DNA of 64,000 nt from Candidatus Obscuribacteraceae bacterium (GTDB taxonomy: Bacteria > Cyanobacteriota > Vampirovibrionia > Obscuribacterales > Obscuribacteraceae): NCBI GenBank assembly GCA_044226015.1, contig JBGAHS010000004.1:192001-256000 (forward strand), written 5' to 3'. Position numbers and translations under genes: made by a program. The notes beneath the pieces are model-generated. The model saw nothing but the letters and a program-made list of their open reading frames with translations, was not told the DNA's origin and made no database searches. Shown in pieces: positions 48,558 through 58,757 of this stretch (its first letter is position 1; the number at the start of each line of letters is the position of its first letter).

Positions 48558-48827
48558 AGACGCATCTTTTTGAGTCTGTCGCTTAGCGTGGAACATTTGC
48601 ACTCGAAAAGAAATCTATACCTATGTGAGCGATTATCGCCAAACCTGGTGCTTCGTTGATTTTCATTGAAGGAAATCGCTAAAACGCCGAAATATGCAAA
48701 ACATATGCTAGTCTGATGGCGATTTGCAGACATTGTCAGCAAATCAACGACAGTCGTCGTCGTGCAGTGACAAGCTTTCTAGCTTGTTTTGCGTAATTGT
48801 CAATATAGGAGTGTGAAGGACTAGCTT

Positions 48828-50888
48828 ATGAAATCATCCAGCCTGGTTCGCAATACTGTGCTTGTATCGTTTGCCTTTTCAATGCTGGCAGCGCAGGCTG
48901 CCAGCTCAGTGGTATCTGAAAAAGAACCAAAAATTCCACGCTTTTCAGTGGAAAACATGGACAAAAGTGTTGATCCAGGAAAAGACTTTTACATGTATGC
49001 AAACGGATCTTGGGTGAAGAATAATCCTGTTCCCGCTGACAAATCGCGCTGGGGTAGTTTTGGTGAATTGGCAGAGCGAAACAATTACCTTATTCACGGT
49101 ATTTTGGAAGAAGCTAAGAATGATGCTAATGCCAAGCCTGGCACTCCAAAAAAGGAAGTCGGCGATTTGTTCGCATCTGCGATGAATACAGCTAAGTTGG
49201 AGGAACTGAAGTTCAAGCCTATCGAAGCTGATCTTGCCAAAATTGATGCAGTGAAAAATGCTGATGATTTGATCAAGCTTCTAGCTTTCTTCCATAAAAA
49301 TGGCTATGGTGGCATTTTTTACAATGAAGTTTCTCCGGACGCAAAAGACTCTTCAATTTATGCTTTTCAATTGAGTCAGGGTGGGCTTTCCTTGCCCGAT
49401 CGTGATTACTATCTTTCCGATAGTTTCAGCAAGCAAAAGGAAGCATATGTCGCTCATGTGACCAAAATGTTGACACTTCTCGGTGAGACGCAGGAAGATG
49501 CAGCAAAACATGCAGCTACTATTTTATCTCTTGAAACCGAGTTAGCAAAGGCTAGTCGCTCTCGAGTAGATTTGCGGGATCCGATCAAGAACTACAATAA
49601 AGTTAAGACTGCAGATCTGATCGCTGGCGCACCTAACTTGCCATGGAAGCTCTATCTCTCAGACAGAGACATTGCCTCGGTTCCTTACGTGATTGTTGGG
49701 CAGCCCGAATTCTTCACGGCAGTCAACAACATGTTGAAAGACCGTCCAATCTCTGAATGGAAGACCTACATGCGTTGGAAAATTCTGCACGCTGCTGCAC
49801 CATTTTTGCATGATGCTGTTGAAACCGAGAACTTCAATTTCTTTGGCAAGACACTGTCTGGTCAGCTAGAGCAAGAGCCACGCTGGAAGCGAGCTTCCAA
49901 AGTCATTAATGATTCTATTGGTGAAGCACTTGGAGAACTTTATGTAGAGAAGTACTTCCCTGCTGAAGCCAAAGCCAGAATGGCTGAACTCGTAAACAAT
50001 CTGCGCGAAGTGTTCAAAGATCGTTTGCAACACCTTTCCTGGATGAGTGATGAAACTCGTGGAAAGGCCCTGGCGAAATTTGATCGCTTTACTCAAAAGA
50101 TTGGTCACCCTGATAAGTTCAGAGATTATTCGTCCGTCGAAATTAAGCGTGACGACTATCTAGGAAACGTTAAGAGAGCAGATGCTTTTGATACCCAGCG
50201 CAGGCTGGTTCGAGTTGGCAAACCTGTAGATAAGTCAGAATGGGAAATGACACCACCTACGGTGAATGCTTATTTTAATCCATTGTTCAATGAAATTGTA
50301 TTTCCAGCTGGAATTCTGCAACCACCTTTCTTTGACCTGAGTCTTGATGATGCTGTCAACTATGGTGCAATTGGCGCAGTCATCGGACACGAAATTACAC
50401 ACGGCTACGATGATGAAGGTCGGCACTACGACGCGAATGGCAACCTGGTTGAGTGGTGGACTGAGAAAGATTCGAAGGAATTTGAGGACCGAGCACAAAA
50501 GGTTGTCGACGAATACGACAAGTTTGAAGCTCTTCCAGGTCTGCACGTTAACGGCAAGCTAACCCTGGGAGAAAACATTGCCGACCTTGGTGGAGTAAGC
50601 ATCGCGTACGATGCACTTCAGAGAGCCTTGAAGAAAGACCCATCGAAGCGAAAGAACATCGATGGACTCACCCCAGAGCAACGCTTCTTCCTCTCCTTTG
50701 GTCAAATCTGGCACACAAATATTCGTGATGCCGAAGCGAAGCGTTTGGTTACGGTTGACCCCCACTCTCCAGGACGATTCCGCTCCTATGGACCGCTCGT
50801 TAATTTTCAGGAATTCTACGATGCCTTTGGTATTAAAGAAGGTGCTCCTCTCTGGCGGAAGGATACTGAGAGAGCAAAGATTTGGTAA
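48828..50888 (+). CDS. M13 family (neprilysin/PepO-like) metalloendopeptidase, exported
   Basis: DFYMYANGSW, VNAYF, FPAGILQPPFF, HEITH, GENIAD, DPHSP; signal peptide. Confidence 0.95.
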   Translation: MKSSSLVRNTVLVSFAFSMLAAQAASSVVSEKEPKIPRFSVENMDKSVDPGKDFYMYANGSWVKNNPVPADKSRWGSFGELAERNNYLIHGILEEAKNDANAKPGTPKKEVGDLFASAMNTAKLEELKFKPIEADLAKIDAVKNADDLIKLLAFFHKNGYGGIFYNEVSPDAKDSSIYAFQLSQGGLSLPDRDYYLSDSFSKQKEAYVAHVTKMLTLLGETQEDAAKHAATILSLETELAKASRSRVDLRDPIKNYNKVKTADLIAGAPNLPWKLYLSDRDIASVPYVIVGQPEFFTAVNNMLKDRPISEWKTYMRWKILHAAAPFLHDAVETENFNFFGKTLSGQLEQEPRWKRASKVINDSIGEALGELYVEKYFPAEAKARMAELVNNLREVFKDRLQHLSWMSDETRGKALAKFDRFTQKIGHPDKFRDYSSVEIKRDDYLGNVKRADAFDTQRRLVRVGKPVDKSEWEMTPPTVNAYFNPLFNEIVFPAGILQPPFFDLSLDDAVNYGAIGAVIGHEITHGYDDEGRHYDANGNLVEWWTEKDSKEFEDRAQKVVDEYDKFEALPGLHVNGKLTLGENIADLGGVSIAYDALQRALKKDPSKRKNIDGLTPEQRFFLSFGQIWHTNIRDAEAKRLVTVDPHSPGRFRSYGPLVNFQEFYDAFGIKEGAPLWRKDTERAKIW

Positions 50889-50922
50889 TTGCGAAACTGA
50901 AGTTATTTGAAAGAAATTGAAG

Positions 50923-50954
50923 AGAAACGCCGCAGAAATGCGGCGTTTCTTTTT
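50923..50954. terminator. Intrinsic terminator
   Basis: AGAAACGCCGCA-gaaa-TGCGGCGTTTCTTTTT between convergent genes. Confidence 0.85.
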
Positions 50955-50993
50955 GCTGATACTAAAAGGTTGGAAATTTTCTGTGCCAGCAGT

Positions 50994-52034
50994 TTAAACC
51001 CTAACCACTAACTTACCCAGATTCTTCCCTTCAAAAAGGCTGTTTAGTGCCTCTGGAAGTTGCTCAAATCCATCAACCACTGTCTCTTCAAAGACAATTT
51101 CGCCGTCTTTTACCCAGGGAGATACTACAGCCAACATTTCATCCATTCTGTGGTTGTAGTCTCTCGCGAGCACGCCTTGAATTGTTGCTCTTTGAAACAG
51201 CATATGTTGTAAGAAACGTGGTCCCAATTCTGGCTTATCGAGTTTTCCATCGTACTGACTGATGGCTCCGCATATAATCACACGCGCTCTAAGCTTGATA
51301 TTGCTCATAACGGCGTCTGTGATCATTCCGCCCACATTATCAAAGTAGATATCAACGCCGCCTGTTTTCTTTGCAATTTCTTCGGACATTGATTCCAGGG
51401 TTTTGAATTGTCGATAATCGATTGCGCCGTCGAGCCCCAATTTTTTTGTTAAGAACTCACACTTCTCGCTACCGCCAGCAATACCATAAACCTTACAGCC
51501 GGCTTTCTTGCCGAATTGCACAACTAGCGAGCCCACAGCTCCGGCTGCTCCCGATACGAGAAGTGTTTCTCCCGGTTTCGGTTTTCCTGAATCCATCAAT
51601 CCGAACCATGCAGTTCTTCCCGGCATTCCAAGCACACCAAGCGCAGTGCTAACTGGTGCTGCAGCTGCATCGATTTTCTTGAGTTCGCTGGCATGACATT
51701 TTGCGTATTTTTGCCAGCCGCTGTATGCTAGAACCCAATCGCCCTCGGCAAAGTCTTTGCTTGCGCTTTGTTTAACCTGTCCGACAACACCAGCTCTCTG
51801 CACGATACCAATGGGGTGTGGGGCTTCCCATGTGTTTCTCTCAGCTTGTTGAATTCGCATGTATGGGTCAACGCTGATGTATTTCGCTTCCAATATCACT
51901 TCGTTCACTGCTAAAGCAGTGTTTAGCTCCGTTTCTCTGAGTTCATAATGTTCATTGGAAACACGACCATCCGGACGTTTTACGTAATACCATTGCTTGT
52001 TAGTGATGCTGGAATTTGCTGTTTGCGATGGCAT
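50994..52034 (-). CDS. NADP-dependent oxidoreductase (MDR family, CurA/prostaglandin reductase-like)
   Basis: SVDPYMR, GMPGRTAWFGL, SGAAGAVGS, YFDNVGG, CGAISQY, GKNLGKLVV. Confidence 0.93.
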   Translation of the reverse strand: MPSQTANSSITNKQWYYVKRPDGRVSNEHYELRETELNTALAVNEVILEAKYISVDPYMRIQQAERNTWEAPHPIGIVQRAGVVGQVKQSASKDFAEGDWVLAYSGWQKYAKCHASELKKIDAAAAPVSTALGVLGMPGRTAWFGLMDSGKPKPGETLLVSGAAGAVGSLVVQFGKKAGCKVYGIAGGSEKCEFLTKKLGLDGAIDYRQFKTLESMSEEIAKKTGGVDIYFDNVGGMITDAVMSNIKLRARVIICGAISQYDGKLDKPELGPRFLQHMLFQRATIQGVLARDYNHRMDEMLAVVSPWVKDGEIVFEETVVDGFEQLPEALNSLFEGKNLGKLVVRV

Positions 52035-52272
52035 TAACTGTCCCTCTATAGATGCAGGCTCGATCTTAGAGCAATCGTCGAATTCCAAGCCAAATTTCAT
52101 CTGAATCGCAACTCAAAGTAACATTATTCAGTGTGGAAGCGACTCCAGCAGTAGCGAGTTAGTAAAAGAAGTCCTCTGGGTTTCTTCAAGTTTTGATTTC
52201 TTCGCCTTTGCAGTTTTGAAGTTAGCAACAAGATTGTGTAATCTTGCTGTTAACTTCTTGCGAGAGAATCGT

Positions 52273-52881
52273 ATGGCAGTTTTTGAAAAGGTGTATGAAA
52301 TTGTTCGACAGGTTCCTAAAGGTAACGTCGTTACTTACGGAACGATATCTAAAATGCTGGGAGGTGCTCTGACGGCTCAGGGGGTGGGCTGGGCACTCAA
52401 AGCGCTTTCTCCGCTACCAACTCCGGAGAAGAAATATTCGTCATTGAATGTGCCCTGGTACAGAGTGGTGAATTCGAAGGGGGGCATCAGCACTCCTGTA
52501 TCGGGTGACGAGCCAGATTCGCAAAAGCGCTTATTGCAAGCCGAAGGTGTGCGTTTTAATCGGGAAAGTGGTTTGATCGATTTGTCGAAATACGAATGGC
52601 AATTTCGTGAGTTTGATGGAGCTGTTATTGGAGTAAAAATAACGGTAAAGAAAAAGAAGTCTGCAGAAAGCAGCGCAAAAACGTTGGACGCATCTAAGAA
52701 AGTGCCGGCTGCTAAGAAAGTGCCGGCTGCTAAGAAAGTGCCGGCTGCTAAGAAAGTGCCGGCTGCTAAGAAAGTGCCGGCTGCTAAGAAAGTGTCGGCT
52801 GCTAAGAAAGCGCAGGCTGCTAAGAAAGCGCCGACTACAAAAAAAGTGCAGCCAACGAAGAGAACCAAAAAGAGGTTGTAG
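52273..52881 (+). CDS. Alkyltransferase-like (ATL/YbaZ-type) protein with a histone-H1-like Lys/Ala tail
   Basis: VYEIVRQVPKGNVVTYG, PWYRVVN (Trp replaces the catalytic Cys), QKRLLQAEGV; KKVPAA repeats. Confidence 0.88.
   Translation: MAVFEKVYEIVRQVPKGNVVTYGTISKMLGGALTAQGVGWALKALSPLPTPEKKYSSLNVPWYRVVNSKGGISTPVSGDEPDSQKRLLQAEGVRFNRESGLIDLSKYEWQFREFDGAVIGVKITVKKKKSAESSAKTLDASKKVPAAKKVPAAKKVPAAKKVPAAKKVPAAKKVSAAKKAQAAKKAPTTKKVQPTKRTKKRL
52696..52857 (+). repeat. 18-bp tandem repeat (KKVPAA), 5 perfect plus 4 degenerate units
   Basis: AAGAAAGTGCCGGCTGCT units. Confidence 0.9.
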
Positions 52882-53141
52882 TCCGCCTGGAGGAAGACTC
52901 GTCCGCGGAAAGCATTCACGCCACGAAACCTCTACTCTGTAAGCAACCCCCAGTTTGAAAAAAATGCCCCTTTCGCATAAGCAGTTTTCAGCGCTAAGCG
53001 AACAGCGCTTGTGCTTTCTCCTCCTCTGCGATCGGCGCCACCTGACATGTCGACGCTGAGCAGTGTCTGAGCCTGCCTCGCTTCATGCAAAGTGGACCCG
53101 AAAGTGTTAGATTTAGAATCGAAGCTGATTAGAGGTCGCCA

Positions 53142-53519
53142 ATGCCATTTCCTTACAAACAGCAGTCCAATGCAACCACTACCGAAAGGGTCATTGGCGC
53201 TTTGAGCTACTTAACATCTGGTCTTGCTGGACTTATTTACATAATTATTTCCCGGTCAAGCGCCCAGTCCAATTTTTTTCGATTCCATTTCCTGCAATCG
53301 ATTGTGCTGGGAATTATTTCGATTCTTTTGAGCTACAGCATCAGGGCTTTTGGGACAATCGCACCAGCCCTTGCCAGTATGCCTGGTGTTGGAACAGCCC
53401 TCTGGATAGGCGCTTCCGCCTTCAGCCTGGTCCCAATTTATGGACTAATCTTCTGTCTTCTTGGCAAGTACGCTGAAATACCATGGCTTTCGGATGTTGT
53501 GCGGAATCAGATGCGCTGA
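53142..53519 (+). CDS. Tic20/DUF4870-like membrane protein
   Basis: ERVIGALSY, FFRFHFLQSI, GKYAEIPWLSD. Confidence 0.75.
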   Translation: MPFPYKQQSNATTTERVIGALSYLTSGLAGLIYIIISRSSAQSNFFRFHFLQSIVLGIISILLSYSIRAFGTIAPALASMPGVGTALWIGASAFSLVPIYGLIFCLLGKYAEIPWLSDVVRNQMR

Positions 53520-53569
53520 TAAGCTTTGCTTGTGGTATGTAATTCCCAAGTGGAAGAAAGATCAAGTCT

Positions 53570-54436
53570 GTGGCTCAACCGGTAAGAACAAACAAAATAA
53601 TTTGCGTTGCTAACCAGAAGGGTGGCGTTGCGAAAACGACCACGGCGGCATATCTTGGTGCAGCGCTCGCACGCCTCAATAAGTATGTTTTGGTTATTGA
53701 TAGCGACCCCCAATGCAATCTCACCTACAGTATGGAACTGGATGAGAAGCAGCAAGAGCACGCGCTCGAAAATAATCTCGCCACCATATATGAATCTGGG
53801 CAGTCCGCCGATGAGTGTCTCGTCAGACTGAGAGACAATCTGACTTTGATCGCTGGCTCTTCGGACCTCGTAATGACTGAAATTACGATGGACAGCAATC
53901 CGCAGAGTCTTTCCTCTGACCCTGAACGAATCTTGCGCAACGCGCTTGCGCCGATGAAAAATCGTTTCGATTACACCATAATTGACTGCCCACCTAGCCA
54001 GGGTATGCTCACTCTAAATGCTCTTGTGGCCGCAGATTATGTGTTGATTCCATCGCTAGCTTCTGTGATCAGTTTGACTGGTTTGGAAAGAATGCTTGAA
54101 CAGATTCACGAAATCGTCCATGGTGATATGGCTTTGAACCCCGATTTGAAGCTGCTTGGTGTGCTAATCACTAGATTTAGAAAAGATAGAAACACCGAAC
54201 TCGAAATGGAAGCAAAATTGCGCTCCGCTGCCGAAGAATTCTTCGTGTTCAAAACTGTAATTCCCGACCGAAGTCAGTTTGGTTTAATGGGCGAACTGAA
54301 AACACAAACTGGCAAACATTTGATGGATCTATCCATGGTCAGCTACAGCTTGCTACCATACCTGACATTAGCTATGGAAGTCGAAAAAATGTTGCTGCCG
54401 AAGCCAGCTAAAGCTGGTGGAAACACTAATCAATAA
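53570..54436 (+). CDS. ParA/Soj family ATPase
   Basis: NQKGGVAKTTT deviant Walker A, IDSDPQ, IIDCPPS. Confidence 0.92.
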   Translation: MAQPVRTNKIICVANQKGGVAKTTTAAYLGAALARLNKYVLVIDSDPQCNLTYSMELDEKQQEHALENNLATIYESGQSADECLVRLRDNLTLIAGSSDLVMTEITMDSNPQSLSSDPERILRNALAPMKNRFDYTIIDCPPSQGMLTLNALVAADYVLIPSLASVISLTGLERMLEQIHEIVHGDMALNPDLKLLGVLITRFRKDRNTELEMEAKLRSAAEEFFVFKTVIPDRSQFGLMGELKTQTGKHLMDLSMVSYSLLPYLTLAMEVEKMLLPKPAKAGGNTNQ

Positions 54437-54475
54437 CATTGCTTCCCGCTAACAAAACGGGGTAGAAATAGAGAG

Positions 54476-56239
54476 ATGAGATCTGCAAGACGACGATATT
54501 CTCTCAGCATGTTGCTAGTGTTTTGCTTGCAACTTCAATTGCCTGTGTTCTCTGAAACCTACCTTGAGGCTTTCATGCGTGGGCGTAATCTTATGCAGGC
54601 TGGAGACGACGAAGGCGCAATCGCCGCTTATTGTATCGCCAAGGGATTGCTGAATTCGGGAAACAATAATGATGTTTCCACAGACCCCAGGTTGCCACTG
54701 GCGCGTCTTTATACGAAGTGCGGTCGTTATTCCGAGGCAGAGACGGAATATCAGGGGCTGATGAGTTATGGTGGCACACCAATCAAATATGAGTATGGAC
54801 AATTTCTGATGAATCAAGGGCGATTTGCAAGTGCAATGAGCATCTGGTCAGATTTGATCTCCCAAAACCCGAAGGATCCTATTCCTGTTTATGGGATGGC
54901 ACTGGCGCTAGAAGCCACTGACAGCCCTGATTCTGCAAAAGATTATTATCATCGCTGTGTGGACATGGCACCAAATTCGGAGCAAGCAGCTAATGCAAAA
55001 ATGAAGCTTGCTCGTCTTGATTCTGCGATTGAAAAACGTGATAGTGGTACTTTCTTTCCGGTTGACCCTGAGTACGGAGAGGGCGTTCTCGGCTGGTGGA
55101 GCCTTGAAAAAATGCCTCTGCATGTTTACATCGATGATGGTACCAATGTTCGCGGCTACCGTCCCGAAATGAAGAACTTCATTTATCGTGCGCTGGAAGA
55201 ATGGAGGCAAGCATCAAAAGGTCACATAACATTTGTGCTTGATCCGCCAGATCCGAAGGGAGAAGCAGCCTGGAGAGAAGCTTTTGGAAAGACTGACCCG
55301 CTTTTGAAAATGGAGTCAACAAAAATGCAGGCTCCGGAAGACCCTGTCATAACTAATATTCATGTGCATTGGACCGAGTCTCTCGGTGGTTTAGCTTTGG
55401 GACTAGCTTGGACGAGTGCTTACGGCAGTAAAATGAAAGGTAAAAAGCACGCGCTGAATTCGACTGCCCATATTTGGATAAATACAAATTCTCTGGCAGA
55501 CGGCAGCGCAATTCCTAAAATTACGGCTGCTAATACGGCCATTCTTGAGAAACAAAATCGTGTTATTTCTGAAGTATCAGTTCACGAATTTGGACATGTA
55601 CTCGGGCTGCCACATTCTTCAAATTCAAAGGACGTTATGTGTTCTGGCATATTCTCGCTGAACACTTCTGACCTGCTAGAGAGCCGCGCGCTTTCCGTGG
55701 GCGATATTCGCTCGTTAGCAGAACACTACAACAATTTCGAGGGGCGTGGATATCCTGCCTCTGCTATTTTGGTAGATGATGACGAAAAGGCTGATGATAA
55801 GCCATCGGAACTTAAGCCTCCGGCGGCTTCGGGGGGAGGTAAGGGGTCTTTTAAAGTTACTGCGCTGCCATCGACCGATTCAAGTTCTTCTGAAGCGAAA
55901 AAGAATCCTTCTCCAAATAACAAGGGGGCAGGCAGTCCCTATTCGATTCACATTCCGAGCCCACAAGAGTTAGCAAAAAAGAGGCTAGAGAAAGATCTCA
56001 ATGACGCCAATTTTGAAATCGAAACCAAGAATTACGCTGAAGCTATAACAAAGTTAGATAGCATTTTGCTACAGCAGCCTGCTAACCCGTCGGCTCATTA
56101 TATGAAGGCTGTAGCCTATGTTTATTTGAAAAATTACAAAGAAGCTCAAAAAGAATATGCTCTTGTGATTAAGGCTGCGCCGGGTTCGGCGCTTGCACAG
56201 AGAGCCAGTGAAGGGTTAGCCAAATTAAAGAACAATTGA
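54476..56239 (+). CDS. Exported TPR plus matrixin (metzincin) metalloprotease
   Basis: Signal peptide, N- and C-terminal TPRs, HEFGHVLGLPHS...DVM (Met-turn). Confidence 0.88.
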   Translation: MRSARRRYSLSMLLVFCLQLQLPVFSETYLEAFMRGRNLMQAGDDEGAIAAYCIAKGLLNSGNNNDVSTDPRLPLARLYTKCGRYSEAETEYQGLMSYGGTPIKYEYGQFLMNQGRFASAMSIWSDLISQNPKDPIPVYGMALALEATDSPDSAKDYYHRCVDMAPNSEQAANAKMKLARLDSAIEKRDSGTFFPVDPEYGEGVLGWWSLEKMPLHVYIDDGTNVRGYRPEMKNFIYRALEEWRQASKGHITFVLDPPDPKGEAAWREAFGKTDPLLKMESTKMQAPEDPVITNIHVHWTESLGGLALGLAWTSAYGSKMKGKKHALNSTAHIWINTNSLADGSAIPKITAANTAILEKQNRVISEVSVHEFGHVLGLPHSSNSKDVMCSGIFSLNTSDLLESRALSVGDIRSLAEHYNNFEGRGYPASAILVDDDEKADDKPSELKPPAASGGGKGSFKVTALPSTDSSSSEAKKNPSPNNKGAGSPYSIHIPSPQELAKKRLEKDLNDANFEIETKNYAEAITKLDSILLQQPANPSAHYMKAVAYVYLKNYKEAQKEYALVIKAAPGSALAQRASEGLAKLKNN

Positions 56240-56277
56240 GCAATGAATATCTGGTGTTAGAAAGAAAGGACGAGGAA

Positions 56278-57012
56278 ATGCAAAATCTGCCGCTTATTGT
56301 TGCACATCGCGGAGGGCGCGATTGGGCTCCAGAAAATACAATGGCGGCTTTTCGCAAGACTGTCGCAGCAGGAGTCAAGGGAGTTGAGTTTGACGTACAT
56401 AGATGCTTGTCTGGTGAGTTGGTGGTGATTCATGATGATGACCTAAATCGCACCACCAATGGTGTTGGGCTCGTGAAAGAAAGCAGCTACGCTGAGCTTG
56501 TGCGACTCAGTGCCGGGCTTTGGTATGACAAAGAGTTTCGTGAAGAGCGTGTGCCGTTGTTGACCGAGGTGCTCGATCTATTTGATGAGGAAACCCTGAT
56601 TGATATCGAGATTAAGAATTCGCCAATCGGTTATGAAGGAATTGAAGAAGATTTGCTATCCGTTATTGAGCCCTATCGTCAAAGTCGTAGACTTTGCGTA
56701 AGTAGTTTTGATCATCGCTGCTTGAGGCGCCTTCGAGAGTTAGACTCGGAAATTGAAATCGGCGTACTTGCATCGGCATCTTTGCTCGACTTGAAAGAAT
56801 ACTGCGGCAAAGTCAACGCTGCTTTTTACATTCAGGACTATGATTGCTTGATGCCTGACGCGGTGCATGAGGCTCATGCTGCTGGTCTGAAAGTCATTGT
56901 TTGGACAGTCAACGATAAATACAAATGGCAGAAGCTGATTGACTTAGGCGTGTACGGTATCTGCACAGACACACCACAGGATCTCCAGCTCTACTATGAA
57001 AGCTTGAGCTGA
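56278..57012 (+). CDS. Glycerophosphodiester phosphodiesterase
   Basis: AHRGG...PENTMAAF, EFDVH, HDDDLNRTT, WTVND, ICTD. Confidence 0.93.
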   Translation: MQNLPLIVAHRGGRDWAPENTMAAFRKTVAAGVKGVEFDVHRCLSGELVVIHDDDLNRTTNGVGLVKESSYAELVRLSAGLWYDKEFREERVPLLTEVLDLFDEETLIDIEIKNSPIGYEGIEEDLLSVIEPYRQSRRLCVSSFDHRCLRRLRELDSEIEIGVLASASLLDLKEYCGKVNAAFYIQDYDCLMPDAVHEAHAAGLKVIVWTVNDKYKWQKLIDLGVYGICTDTPQDLQLYYESLS

Positions 57013-57036
57013 CGGATTGTAAGTCTGGTTTCAAAC

Positions 57037-57573
57037 TTAAATATCGATTGCTTTAACAGGGCGCAAAATTCCCAATCGCAAAGTAATTTCCAACTTGGGA
57101 GGATTCACCAGGATTTTCTCGACAGGAAGATCTATGCCATGTTCGACAGCCGATAGACCTGCGATGTTGGTGAGAACGAGCCTATCTTTCTCTCTAGCGA
57201 CTTCAAATTTGATTTGCTCTTTCAATTTGATCAAATAACCAGACCAATTTGTTTGAGAGAAATGCACGTTGTAGAGCTTAATAACGTTGGACTGGCGCAC
57301 CACTTCTTTGAGATGGGCCGACAAAATATTTACCAATCCTGGAATCTCATCGTAGCTGCCAAACGTATCGAGAAGAACATGTTTCACCGATGAACCGTTT
57401 AGAGAAACATTTTCTGGTCGCTCATGGAGGAATCGAATAACAGCAGTGAAAGGATCGCTTGCTGTTTTGACAATGCGTTTTGCGGTATCAGTTATTTCTG
57501 CTATTTCCGCTTCGAGCTTTTGAAATTGCTTCGCTACGGAATCGCTTGGGTCGCCTGGGCAAGAGCAGCTCAC
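57037..57573 (-). CDS. Hypothetical protein
   Basis: 178-aa ORF filling the gap, GAGG SD before GTG. Confidence 0.65.
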   Translation of the reverse strand: MSCSCPGDPSDSVAKQFQKLEAEIAEITDTAKRIVKTASDPFTAVIRFLHERPENVSLNGSSVKHVLLDTFGSYDEIPGLVNILSAHLKEVVRQSNVIKLYNVHFSQTNWSGYLIKLKEQIKFEVAREKDRLVLTNIAGLSAVEHGIDLPVEKILVNPPKLEITLRLGILRPVKAIDI

Positions 57574-57877
57574 GTCTAATCCTCAAAAAGGGTTATAAGA
57601 TCGACTCTGAAGAACGGTATTTTAGGACCTCTTTGGTTCTATAAATATAGTGTGATACTAAAATGCACTCTTTGCAACAAAGTTGCCTTTTTTAGTCTGT
57701 CGGAAAGCGATTGTGCGGCAAGAACTTTCACGGCATGGTATGAAATGGAGCTGCCCAATTAATATTAATTCACTAAGAATGAAGCCCAGTAAAGGATTTA
57801 TTGCTCATGTCAAGCTAGCATATTAGCTTGCAAAGAAGCAGCGAGGAAGGCGCTTCTAGTTTCAGGAGGCTGAACGA

Positions 57878-58684
57878 GTGAAGAACAAGAAAGTAGCAGT
57901 CGTAATTCCGGCTCGCTATGCATCAACCCGATTTCCAGGAAAACCGCTAGTCGATATTGCTGGTATGACCATGATTGAGCGTGTCTACAAGCAAGCTCAG
58001 AAGGCTAAGTTGGTTGATGAGGTTCTTGTTGCAACTGACGATCAGCGCATTTTTGATAAGGTGCGTTCGTTCTCCGGGAATGTTCTGATGACCCGAAACG
58101 ACCACCCAACTGGTACCGATCGCCTTGCCGAAGTCGCAAGTGCGAGACCAGATGTCGATATCATTGTGAATGTCCAGGGTGATGAGCCGATGATCGACCC
58201 GGCTACCATCGATGCCGCTGTTCAGCCTTTGCTGGCAGACGACACGATGGATATGGGCACCATTTGTGCTCGCATAACTGATGCTGACGAGATCAACAGT
58301 AATACAATCGTCAAGGCTGTATTCGATGCCAGAGGAAAGGCTCTGTATTTTTCGAGACTACCAATTCCTTATTACCGCGAATCAGACGCGAATCAAAAAC
58401 ACTTTGCACATATTGGGCTCTATGTATATCGAACAGATGTGCTTTTGCGGTTGGCGTCTCTCGAGCCTACGCCGCTTGAGAAAGCTGAGGCGCTAGAGCA
58501 GCTCAGGGCGCTGGAAAACGGCATTTCTATCAGCGTTGTCGAAGTGGCACGCCGTTCTCCGGCAGTAGATCGTCCTGAAGACCTTGAAGCGGTGCTTGAG
58601 TGCGTTCGCCAGGCAGAATCGGCTCAGCCAGATCTGCCTCCGTTTGTTGCTGCTCCTGCTGCTGTCAACACAGGAACTAGATAA
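57878..58684 (+). CDS. kdsB: 3-deoxy-manno-octulosonate cytidylyltransferase
   Basis: IPARYASTRFPGKPL, GTDR, VNVQGDEP, ALYFSR, HIGLY, LEQLRALENG. Confidence 0.96.
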   Translation: MKNKKVAVVIPARYASTRFPGKPLVDIAGMTMIERVYKQAQKAKLVDEVLVATDDQRIFDKVRSFSGNVLMTRNDHPTGTDRLAEVASARPDVDIIVNVQGDEPMIDPATIDAAVQPLLADDTMDMGTICARITDADEINSNTIVKAVFDARGKALYFSRLPIPYYRESDANQKHFAHIGLYVYRTDVLLRLASLEPTPLEKAEALEQLRALENGISISVVEVARRSPAVDRPEDLEAVLECVRQAESAQPDLPPFVAAPAAVNTGTR

Positions 58685-58757
58685 GCAATTTCTCTAAAAC
58701 AAGCGAGCAAAGGCAAGTTCGTTTAGAATTTTGCTTAGTGAGTGTTTTGGGGTTGTC

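Noticed and set aside
52377..52919. 180-aa antisense ORF with FLAAGT repeats
   Set aside because: Reverse complement of the KKVPAA repeat of the ATL gene
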